From NCBI GenBank assembly GCA_907165135.1, contig OU015569.1:2480001-2544000 (forward strand): DNA of 64,000 nucleotides, written 5' to 3'. The position numbers and the translations under genes were made by a program. Below the pieces are notes generated by a model. That model made no database searches. It was not told where the DNA came from and worked only from the letters and a program-made list of their open reading frames with translations. Below are positions 35,901-47,900 of this stretch, in pieces; within the stretch, counting starts at the first letter, position 1; every line of letters begins with the position of its first letter. This DNA comes from Oikopleura dioica (lineage: Eukaryota > Animalia > Chordata).

Positions 35901-38900
35901 TACTCTCATCTAATGGGAATTTTGAGTGACTTTGAACAGGTAAAACTAATGCTCTTCATTAGCGCGTCCGATTCAAGCCGATCGCGGTTGTTTACTAGAA
36001 TATTAAAAATGGGTGACCTTGACTTTCTTGGTGCTTAATTTAGTGGAGCAGTGGCCATAGTCCCGCCCGCGGGGGCTCTTGGCATCTATTCTAATCGTTA
36101 ACGTTGAAAAATTCTGATATATTCTAGCTCTTCCTTACTCCTAAATTTGCCAAACAAGTTTCTTTTTTTTCCTAACTGGATTACTCCTTTCTGGAGTAAT
36201 TGGAAGTGACAGGAGCCGCCCTTCCTCAAACGCGGTAAGAAAGAGCGAGAGACCTTCAGGTTGAAGGGTGGGCCGCAGGTGCACGAAAATGCAAACAGTT
36301 TGGTGCACCCACCTGCACCACCAAATTGGCCAATGAATGTACCGAGCCTCTCCACGGCGCAAAAAAGGAACTCTCTCTCTCTCTCAACCGCGGTTTACCA
36401 AAACACCGCCGCCAGAATTTATCATTCCGACAAAAAACCTAAATTCTAGAGACACGAACTACTACAGAGCTATCTAGAAGAAGTCGAAAAAGAGTTAGAA
36501 AACGTCTCAGCAGGTAAATTTACTGAACGCGCTTCACTAATCGTCTAGTACAATAATACAACTAGTTGATGAATAATCATTTTTTTTATTTTTTAGTAAA
36601 TTATTCAAAATTTAATTTTATTTATTCTTATTTAATTTTGAATATAAAAGCTATTTTTCCTCTCATAGCAGAGTTTTCAAATTTTGATAAAAAAAAATAA
36701 ATTCTACCGCGATTCTCATTGCTGACTGACTACTGACTAAAATTTGCAGAAAAAAAAAATTTTCAAAAACAATTAAAATTCCCGCAAATATAAGTCAGTA
36801 GGAATTGATAATCGCGGTATATCATATATTTTCTCACTGAATAAGATATCATAATAGTGGTAGGATTCTTGTCCAAATATTTCCGCCAAGTCCTCCATAG
36901 TGTCCGCTAATAATCCTTGTCTCGACAGATGACGTCCTGTTGACGTGTGTGAAGGAGTTTTCCGTAAGGAATCCGTTCGAGTGAAAATGCCATCATCAAT
37001 AATGTCAGACTGACCGGATTTAGTTTTCCATGCGAATTCTTTACTTTTTTTTCAGTAAATGATGTCCTGAGCGACGAGACGGATTCTAACAATGTTTCTC
37101 GGGTGGAAAAACTTTCGCGGCTGAAGGACCTCGTCAGGGAGCTAGAAGGCGAGAAGAAGGCAGATCTGAAGCTGCTGGAAATGAGCAAGGAGAAGTACCA
37201 ATTGGCTAGCAAGGAATTCCGCCGCGCACTGCAGCTCGACGACGCCGGGCAACTCTTCGGCGAAGACGGACAACGACATCGCCTAGTCGACTCCAAATAC
37301 GAACGCGTCCAGCAAAATTTCGGTCTCCTCTCAAACAAGGTACAATTAGAGCTACGTAAGCCGCAACCGGAATTCCGAGCATTTTGACGAGCAAAATTGG
37401 CAGCGCAGCGGAATTTTTTATCGTCCATTTCTGAAATCCTAATGAGCAAAATCTTCGTTAGCATCCAACCGTTTCCACGGGGGAAATTTTAATTTCCAAG
37501 GTTTGAGGTAGACAAAGATCCCAAAATCAAAATATTGATGTCATTACGTATTTGCGAATATAATGATTTACGAAAATCGCCACTCATATAATATTTTTAC
37601 AACCGCTTTTATTCAGTTTATAATACCGGAAAATACTGCATGGTGAATAATCGTCGCCGTAAATTTCGCTCTGCGCTAAAAGGCGCATTCATCAAAATGA
37701 CTATTTGACAAAGAGAGTTTCCTTCTTCAACTGAATGCCTGAGTCCCTTTTCGCTTATCAGTAGCTCCTAAAACTACACGTGAGCCAAGTCAAGCACGCA
37801 GCCAATGCTGGCACGTGAGAAAAGGCGCTACATTTTTTCCAGAGAGAATGAATTGAATCAATGTTCCTAGGCCCGGTTTCATGCAAAATAAAATGCTCAT
37901 CTTTTTGACGTCCTTTTTTTGATGCCGATTGAGAATTTCTCGATGATGAGCAGTTTTGTCTGCCGCTTGCAGACGGCGTTTGCGTCATTTGGCTATATTG
38001 GAAAGGGTCTTTTCGTAGAAAAATCATTTAATAATTTTAACGACCTTTCCCAACCTAAAGGGCTTTACCTCTTCTTTTCGGACTTTTGCTCATTCTTCTG
38101 CCGATTCATTCTTTTTACCGTCGGAGTGGACCAAGAGTGAGTCCCTTGTTCTGCGCATTTGTCAGGAGAGCATCGCTTTCTTATTTCTAGCAGGTGTCAT
38201 TTTATAGGTTAAGGAAGACAAAGACGGTGGTGACTCGGCTTGGGCGAGAGTGATTTTACGAGTTTAGAGCAAAATTTTGATCCTTTTTCCTCCGCGGATC
38301 AGCACTAAACAAATAGCGGCAGCTACGTGGGAGAATGTCAACTGAAAATACGAAGAGACCTTGAACGAACTCGAGCTCTGAGCTGTGCGATAGTGTGAAG
38401 CTCTCTTTCTATCTATCCCCACGGGAGGTCCCGTCTCTGCTCGCACGCATGCTGAGGAAGCCACCTTCCCTTTTTCAAATACCTAACCTCAGCTAGATAC
38501 CCTCCTTCTTACAACGTTACAAAGGAGCTCAGCCGCGCGGCAAATCAAACCACTGGCACGAGCAAGGACCAACTGTCCCTGGTCAGTTGCTCAGCGCCAA
38601 AACTGCAAAACTCACTTCCCTGCCACAAGAAAATTAAGAAAGAAAAAGACAGAGAGGAAAATTGAATGACTCATGGGAAGAAAAGCTTCTGAAGCGTGAA
38701 GATATACACTAGAGGTACTACAAGAAGAACAATCTAAGAAGAAGAAAGCATGGGAGTGTGCGCCTCCAAACCAAAGGCACGGTCAATATTTACAGTAACT
38801 CTTTTTGACTGAATTCGATTTAAAAATATGTAGAATCTAATGGAAGTTTAATTTAGACGGCTTTAGATAATAATAATTATTTTCTAAATTTCAATCAATT

Positions 38901-41900
38901 TAATTAATTACTTTCAAAATTTTTTGTTTAAAGTCAAAAATAGCATAATTTTCTAAAATAAATTTCTCGTTTTTTTTTCTTTCCATCGATATCTAAATTT
39001 TGGAATCTAAAAGAACCAAAAACACGATAATAAAAAACGCTGCGTGGGCTAAGCTAAATTAGAATCACTGTGTCTCTTTCTAATTTTCTCTCCATTTTAC
39101 TCTGATGACCGTAAAATAGACCGATGAAATCGACATCGAAGAGCCTCCAAAGACGATCAAGTCAGAAGAAGGATCCGATTCTCTGGATCAGAATTACTCG
39201 TTGAATTCTTATGCTGGCGTCTCATCAGTTTTGGGTTTTTCCTATAATGAAAAGGGTCTTAATCAACGAAGAGGCTTCTTAGATAAACAAAGAGCCAACT
39301 GAGAGAGAAAAAGGCCAACCCAAAATTAGATCAGATGGAAGAGTCACTCACAAGGCAAAAAATAAGTGCATTGGAATCGTTAGAAGCCTACATTAAAGAC
39401 GACATTAACGCAAGGTCCATTGGCGATTATTTTACAGTCAATGTAATAGTTAAGAAGCAGATCCTGCGATTTGATCGAAGGAGAAGCGCTAGAATCGACA
39501 GCAAGTGTCGAAATCAACCGAATCAATGACACAGTCGCCCGTCTTCGCCAATCCATCTCGACATTGGATTTGATCAGCGAACCAGCGCTCGTCGCTAATG
39601 CCAGTCCTTACGAGAAGCCGCTCTTTGCCTCGCCATTTACAAACTCGGAGCTTTCGCTCGAAAGCATCACCAGTGATCTCGGAGGCTCAATAAGCGCCAA
39701 AAGCCCCTCACACTTGAAATATCAGTTTCTTGTCGACAGCCGAGTGCCACCAACATTGTCCCCTTTATCAGCACGCAGCGCTACTAGGACTTCTTCGGAA
39801 GGAGAAAACTCGCAGCAGGAAGAGGCAATTATACTTATCTATAAGCAGGACTTGGCTCGACAACATGCTTAGAAAATCTGAGTCAAGTTTTAAAGGGTTT
39901 TAATGAAAAGCCGCTTAGCGGCTTTTTAATAATCGAGGCGCCTTCGCAAAATTACTATTTCAATCTATTTTCAGATTCTGGCGAAGCCGCTTTAGGTTTA
40001 CTTAGGTTTTAACACATGTTGCCAAGCACAGAAGCAGGAGAAATAAAACAAACAAAGCAGAAATCCAGAATTTTCCTTTTAAAAATCTATTCAGGCGGCG
40101 GAAAAATTCCAAGCTTATGGAAATGTGCTAGAAGTCTGGAAAGAGTACGAAGGAGTTGAGCTCAACTGTAAATCATGGCTACAAGAAGCGGAAATTCGAC
40201 TTTCTGTTATGGGAGCGCCAAGGTAAGCGCTAATTACAGCCAAAAAAAGTGGCAATTTTAATCAGTTTATTGTTTTGGGATAAACGCGCCCGGGTCACTA
40301 GACCTATGTTTTCCTTCAAACACGTTGTTCCGAGAAGCTAAAATTTATAATTAACGGGAAATCATAGCACTGACTTGGCAACTTTGAATGAGCAAATTAT
40401 CGACGCTAAAACTGCGCGGCACGATGCTGATGGCCACAAAAACTCCTTCAAGCGACTGGATCAAACTGCACGGGCGATTGGTCGACTTGGGGACGAGCTT
40501 GTTTCTCATCGAGACCAGCAACGCGTCTCCCGTCAAACTCAAAAACTGCGCCAAGGCTTCCAGGCCCTGTCGGATAAAATCGACATGAAGGTGAAAGAAC
40601 TAATGGAGATGGGCAACGAATTGCAGCAACTCCAGGAGAAAATCACAAACGCAAACAATGAAGCAGAAGTCGCCGCGCGAGTCCTAAAGGAAGTTTCTCG
40701 AGCTGCAAGGGCTGATAAAAACTTGCTAGAAGAACGACGAGATAGGCTGAAACTCTCGCAGACGGAGATCAAACGGGCAGAGCGTGAAATCAAGGAGTCA
40801 GGGGAAAAAGCAGCGCTCAAGGTTTTGTCAAAATGTGGCGAAGAAAACGCACGTGCAGTTCGAGAAAAGCTCGCAAGCGCTCAAAGACGAACAGAAGGCG
40901 TCGTCGAGGATATCGAAAAAGAAGAGCGAAAACTTTCAAGAATGATTGAGCTTCTAAGCGACTTCGAAAATCACGCTGATCACTTGGAGAATGAAATCCA
41001 AACATTGCAAAATCCAAAAGCCTGTGAAGTGAAACTCGGCAATTTGCGCGAATCGGCGTCTTACCTGCTCGATTCCGGCAACTTCTCGGATCACAGTCCC
41101 GTCACACTGAGGCTTGATCGCTTGAATCGTATGCTGGCGAATGCTTCGGAGCAGAGCAGAGAACGAAGGAATGCACTTGAAAACGAAAAGCGACGGGAAA
41201 CAGAGCGTGAGCGCGAGTTTGAAAATGTCAAAATCGAGCTCGGTCAATTCGATGTCGTTTCTATTCAAAGCCTTGCGAATCTGCCCGCTGACCTCAACAA
41301 GCTTGACAATTTGATAACAAAGTGGGAAAATCTCGAGCCCAAGCTCGAGTACTTAGAAAGCACCTCTGAAAGTCCAATTATGCAGCCAGGCTCGACTGCT
41401 TCTCTTCGCAGAAGAAGCAGAACAAGAAGACAGGGCGGCACACTCCCGAGGAATTCAGGAAGACTTTCTGGAGCGTCTGCTTCCGGTGTTGAAGGTTTGA
41501 GATTGAAGTACGAGAGCATTGGAGACAGACTAATCAACACAAGAAACGTGGGCCAAATACTTCTAGAGCAGCTTGAAGTGTGGCATTCGAACCAGGTGAA
41601 AGCAGAACACATCATGAAAAATCTGGCTGACTCGTCATCTTTGATATCAGCGATGGGAGACGTGGCGGAAGCCGTGCGTTCCGGCAAAGCTGTTATCACT
41701 ACATGTCGCACCAAACTAGATAACGAGCCCAAGGACCTTCCGAAATTAGAGTCGGAAGTCGACCAACTCCAAAAACAATTTAACGATGTGCAACAGGAAA
41801 TCATGGACGCGCGATTGTCCAAGGATCAAAAATCAAAAGACATTGATCATTGGCAGCAGCGCTTTTAAATCTCTCCGACTGGACATCCGATCAATGGAGT

Positions 41901-44900
41901 CTCATGTCCGTGCTGGGGAAGATTTCGGCTGATCCGGCGATTCTAGAGCCACAGAGGCAGCAAGTTGATGCGCTGCTGAGTGAGTTTAACTCGCGAAAAG
42001 AGCGATACAACCAGCTTCAAGCGGACTGCCTATCTTTGAACGATTCGAGCAAAAGTCAAGATATGAAACAACTGAGCTCGAGGTGGAATGAATTGGAGCA
42101 AAAACTTGAAGAGCGTAAAATAGCAATCGATGAGGCGCTAAAATGCACGCGCGAGATCGAGCAAGAAACTGCCAAGCTACAAGACTTCCTAACTACTGTT
42201 ACTGCTGACTTAGCAATATCAAGCAGACTGCCACCAGTTCCCGATTCAGTTGAAGATTGCCTCAAAAAACTCAAACAGCACCAAACCCAAGTGACCGAAA
42301 TGGAAAAGAGTGCCAAACTCGCCCAGCAAGCAGCAGAATTTCTTGCACAAGTTGCCTCTGGAGCTGAAAATCATGGCAACAAATCGCACTCGGTCGGACA
42401 AGCACTTTTCATTTCAACCAAAAAGTTGGACGAAAAAATCGGCACTCTCACAGAATTGCTGGCTAACATCGATGAAGCGTATAAACTGAGATCTGAGTTG
42501 TTCAACTCGATCAATGCGATTGAAAAGGGACCAACATACGGACGGGAAGAAATTAACGCTCTGAGATCAAAGTATGACGAGCTCGTTTCGCTTGTAGAAG
42601 ACATCAGTGAAAACACGTCGCCGATTCGTAATAACTCGCTACGAGAAGACAAGCGCTCCATTCAGCGAAAGATCAAAGCGCTAGAAACGGGCTTAGACCA
42701 GCGTGAAAGGGACGAGTCACGAAGAGCGCGAAAACAGGCGCAGCTGCTGTCATTTATTAACGAACGGGAACAGCAGATTGCGTCCACACATGAGGGCGAG
42801 GCTCAACCTGACGCCATTCACCAGAAAATCACACTCGTCCAAACTCTTAAGGATGAACTCACCGCGCGCATGGGCGAACTGAAGGCTCAATTCGGCGGCC
42901 CCACTGATTCACAAGTTCAACAGAGCTTCAACAATCTCCTCGAGAAGAGCACCGATAGAGCTAAGGAGCTTCAGGATGCGAAATTGCAAGCAGAAGAGCT
43001 CGACGGACTCCTCCATGATTTCAACGAATGGGCGGAGGACTCCCTGGAAAAGATTCTCGCTGCTACGAACTTAAAATCGCCCGAGACTCTTTACGAAATG
43101 CAGGTTTGTCACAAATAAGCTTTTTCTTACAGGCTCAGTACTTGATACATTTTTGAAAAAGTTGGGTTATATTGGCAAATGTCGAGCTCATCCCTCAGCA
43201 GAGTGGCGCAGCGGAAGCGTGCTGGGCCCATAACCCAGAGGTCGGAGGATCGAAACCTCCCTCTGCTATATACCCATATTTTCTTTTTTTTTCTCATAAC
43301 AAAGATTCTAGAGACCTCCTACTTATTATTCTTTTAGACAATGATGGAGGAGTGCAAAGACCAACGCGGTGAAATCGAGCTTATTTGCTCTCTGCTAAAA
43401 GGTGTCGAACCAGCCGGAAAACGATGGGGAGGAAGACCTTTGGAGCAAGTCCACTCTGATGCTCTGCACACTCTCGATCGCATCAAGAGCTTGCTGAGTG
43501 AGCGAACAGAAGCCGCCGACGATGCTCTCAACCGAGTCAAGCGCTTCGAGGAGTCGATAGAGAAGCTCACCGCTTGGTACAGAGAGATCGGCGACGACCT
43601 TGACAAGATCAAATCGGCGCTAGACTTGACGGAGCCGGAAGTAATCGATAAAATGGTCGACGATGTTGGTAGAATCTCCACCATTCTTCAATCGAAAATG
43701 GCGACACGGGAAATTATGTCCAGAGAGTGTCAAATGATGAATTTCGATTTGGCTGAAGGGATGAAGGATAGTGTCGAGGAGAAGCTATCCAAACTCGAGA
43801 GCACAGCTTCAGAAACAGAACTGAAATGCAGAGAGCTTCAAAATCTTCTTGAAAAGGTTCAACGCGCGAGCACGAAATATGCAGAAGTGCGAGACGAGCT
43901 TTTGCCATGGGTTGAAGACATGGAGGTGCGGTTAGATCAATTTGACGACGTTTCCCTACCAGATGAGAGCCTCATTGAGGATCTCAGCCAGATGAGTGAA
44001 GAGATTGCAGAACGACGTCTTCTCGCTGACCGCCTTGTTCTCACCGCTGATAAACTCGCGCCTTTAGGAGCGATTCAAGTCAAGAACGAAGCAGCACAGA
44101 TCTCGAGCAGATATTCCGACATTCGCGAACGCTGTCGACAGCGTAAGAGAGAAACTCAACAACTCGCAATCGAACATCAGCAGTACTCGGAGCGTCTTAA
44201 CAATCTGAACAACGCTTTGCAGCGGATTGATGAGCGTCTATCGAATAGCGATCGCCCCGAATGCAACGTTGAAAAGTGCAGAGCCGCAATGGCGGATTTG
44301 AATCAACTTAGCAAAGAATTGGACAAGCTAGAAGCTGCGAAAACGACGCTTCAAAAGACCGGTCAAAGCCAACTTAGCGATCCCAAGATAAATTCAGAGC
44401 TGGCAAAGATCGATTCGACATGGGATCATCTCCAGAATACGCTCAAGAACAAGCGCGATCGATTGAGACAAACAGAAGCTGCGTCTGAGCGATTTTGGGC
44501 GAAAAACTCTCAGTTCCAGAATCAACTGGATCAGCTTGAAGGCGAGCTGCGAGAGATCAAGCCAACGCACGATGGTAAACGGGATATGGATCAGTTCGAG
44601 AAGAAAATTACAGCAATGGCCGGCTTGAATAAGAAAGTATCTGACACAGCCCGAGATCTTGGCTCATTAGGCGAAAATTCCGAAGCGCTACGCATGGCGC
44701 GAGAGGGTCAATCACAGCTCGATAGAATCGCCAGGAATATGCAACAAAAGCAGAACGAGATCGAAGCGGCTGCCAAAGAGCACGAGAATATGCAGCGAAA
44801 AGCGCGAGAGGCACTTTCGTGGATGCAATCAGCAGATGTGCGCTTGAAAGCACAGGGAGAGCCAAACTCTCCGGACGACTGCCGGGAAAAACTGAGAGTT

Positions 44901-47900
44901 ATCTCCGACATTAAAAATCAAGCGCCCAAGTTCGCTGCTGCTCTTCCAGCAGCATCGTGGAGACAATTCGAGAACCGTTTGGCGGAAGAGGTTAGGGACA
45001 CGGAAAACAAACTCATTTCAATGGGCCACTTTGACCAGGCGCTAGATGAGATTTCCGACTGGACAAGTAGGTGTTCAACAACTCTGAGCTCAATCGGACA
45101 AGATGCTAGCGCACTCCAAACTGATTTTGCCAGGGCAGAATTGATCATGTCCGAACTTGAATCACGCCAACGAGCGCTAGAAAAGCTCCGCGAAACAGCA
45201 GTCGAAAGATTTCCACTCAAGCAAAAGCGCCTTATTGCTATTTCTGATAACTTATCGAAAATCGGATCCATAGCAAGTACAAAACACGACGTTATTCGAA
45301 GTAGAATCGAAGCCGCAGAGTCAACAGAATTGAAAAAGAAGAAGGTTCAACGATGGGCTGCTGATATTCGAGAGTATCTTATCAATGACGGGCCCTATTC
45401 AGGATCCTCCGAGGGCGCGAAAGCTCAATCTGATGAATGCCGGAATAAAATTTCGGAAATGGTGAAACAACGAGGTGAATGCCCTGCAGCGCTGCCTGAT
45501 GTTCGCTGGCAACAGATGGAGACTGCTCTTTCTGAGCGCAAGAACAAGCTCGGCAATTTACAGCTCGAGGTTGATACCTTCTGGGATGCTGCAAAGAAAA
45601 TGGACAAGTCCCTCGGTCAATTTGAGTCGCAAATCCAGAAGATGCAGCCACCATCAGTTGTCGAAGACTCTACCAACTTGCAGATCGAACAAAATCGCAA
45701 ACTTGAGGATGATATTCGCCTGAAAACGAACCAAGTAAAAACTATCGAAGATCTTTCTGGCTCTCTCCGAGCGAACATCAACAGAGAAGACGCAATCCAA
45801 GTTAAAAATGCAGCTTTGAGCATTCACTCTCGCTGGGAAAAATGCTTGCAAGCGACCAACAGACGTAACTTGGCCCTAGAAGAGAATAGAAAACGCGCCA
45901 CAAAATATTCCGAAATGGTTATTGAGCTCGTTGACTTTATCGAACTTTCTCGCTCAAAACTGGAAGAGGCCAAAAGCAGCTGCGATCCTAGAAATGGGAA
46001 ACGACTGCTAACGAAGCACAGCGAAATCGAACGAGAAATAGCACGCAATGAAAAGGGTTACGACAATGTCAAAAAAGAAGCCGCTCATCTTTTGAAAATT
46101 GCAAAGCTACCGAGTGATGTCACGGCGATAGAAGTAGAGTTGAAAGACATCCAGAACAAATGGGGAAATCTGCAGAACTTGAGCTGGAACTTCGTAAAAG
46201 ACCTTCAAGACTCGATGGTCTCTTCTGGTCGCTTAATAGATGCACTCGAGTCACTAGAAGAGTGGCTGATTAAAGTAGAACCAGAGTTATCGGAACGCCG
46301 CCCATTAGAAGGCGATTTAGATACAGTCGAACGACTCCTTGAAAATCACCGCGATTTCAAACGAGAGCTTGAGGAGCGTGAACGGAGCTTTTCCGACATT
46401 AGACGACTCGTTGTTGATTTATCGGAGCAAGACGCTGCTTGGATGCGCCCTCAAATCTCCGGACTTGGCTCTCGCTGGGAAAATTTGAGAACTCTTTCTC
46501 GTCGCCGGGACGATAAACTTGCCAGAGCTAAGGTGAGAGCTCAAGAGTTCCAGGACGAAGTTAACAATACGCTCAACTGGCTTGCCATTGCCGAAGAAAG
46601 GCTTGACAATATCGCCATGCTCTTAGACGGAGATACTTCTGGATCGTTACTGGACAAGGCAAAGCGCAATCAAAGCGATCTAGTTGCGGATATGGACAAG
46701 AACAAAGCCCAACTTGATCGTGCAGTTCAACTTGGAAACGGAATTCTCACAAATGCCGATCCTGATGCTGTGGGCACTCTTAAACACTGGCTTGGTGCAC
46801 TCACTGCTGGCTGGCAAGAGGTCCAAGCTTGGATCGAACAGCTCGGCGAAAGAATAAAACGAATAGAGAACGACGATGCGGACGCCCAGCAACGTCTAGA
46901 TGCGCTACTAAACTGGCTGACCGGAGCACAAGATCAACTTTCCATTCGAAATCGCTCGCCCCTTCCAGCTGATATCACGCGTTTAAAACAACTCGCCGCT
47001 GAGCATCAACAATTTCAAGAGGAAATTCTCGCCAGGCAAACCGAATTCGACGAGCTCATCAGAATTTACAAGAAGAATTCAAGCTCTAATGTGATGCGAG
47101 AGAGCTACGGCTCGCTAAAGCGTAACACAAAAATAACAAATCAAGGACTTGTTGAATTCAAGAACTCAAAAGCCGCTCTGCTCAGCGGAACTTGGCAATC
47201 AGGTAAAGAAACTTATTTCGAAAAATATCTTCACTAACGTATTTCAGTTTGGCTGGCAGCTCTAGAAAGGCAGCGCGCAATTGCGAATGCCTTGGATGGT
47301 GCAGAGGAGAGTCAGTTCGACTTCGACACTTGGAGAAAGCGATACATGGCTTGGATGAACCATAAAAAATCGAGAGTCATGGAAACCATGCGCTCGTTTG
47401 ACAAGAACAACACCGGTTTCATTGAAAATAAACGTTTCATTAATGGCGTTATTGACTCTGGATTTGACACCAATGAACGAGAAATGCGAAAGGTTAGTGC
47501 CAGATCCTCCTCTATGATATTTATCGTTGTAGGTGGTTAAAATGTTTGACCGGGACGGAAACGGCCAAATTGATTACTACGAGTTCATCAGCGCGCTGCA
47601 TCCTCGCGATCAGTACAAGCCAGAAACAGACGCGGCGAAAATCGAGGACGAGGTCATTCGTGAAGTCAGCCGCTGCCGATGCTGCGAGCGATTTGCTATT
47701 CACCAGATTAGCGATAACAAATATCGAGTACGTATTATTTTAACTCATCATTCAAATGTTATTCCAGCTCTCATTCAAATTTAGTTTGGTGACTCTCAAC
47801 AACTCCGTCTGGTGCGAATTTTAAAGTCGACTGTCATGGTCAGAGTTGGCGGCGGTTGGATGGCGCTAGAAGAGTTCCTGAGCAAAAACGATCCTTGTAG

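Noticed and set aside
2502-40032. Recurrent palindromic repeats as a CRISPR array or REP elements
   Set aside because: Dispersed rather than regularly spaced, with TIR/TSD structure, in a spliced eukaryotic context and with no cas genes.
43172-43372. 66-aa ORF
   Set aside because: It reads through the tRNA-iMet gene inside an intron.
21619-47000. Many 60-185 aa alternative-frame and antisense ORFs over the spectraplakin exons
   Set aside because: Expected by-products of long biased coding sequence; no independent motifs.
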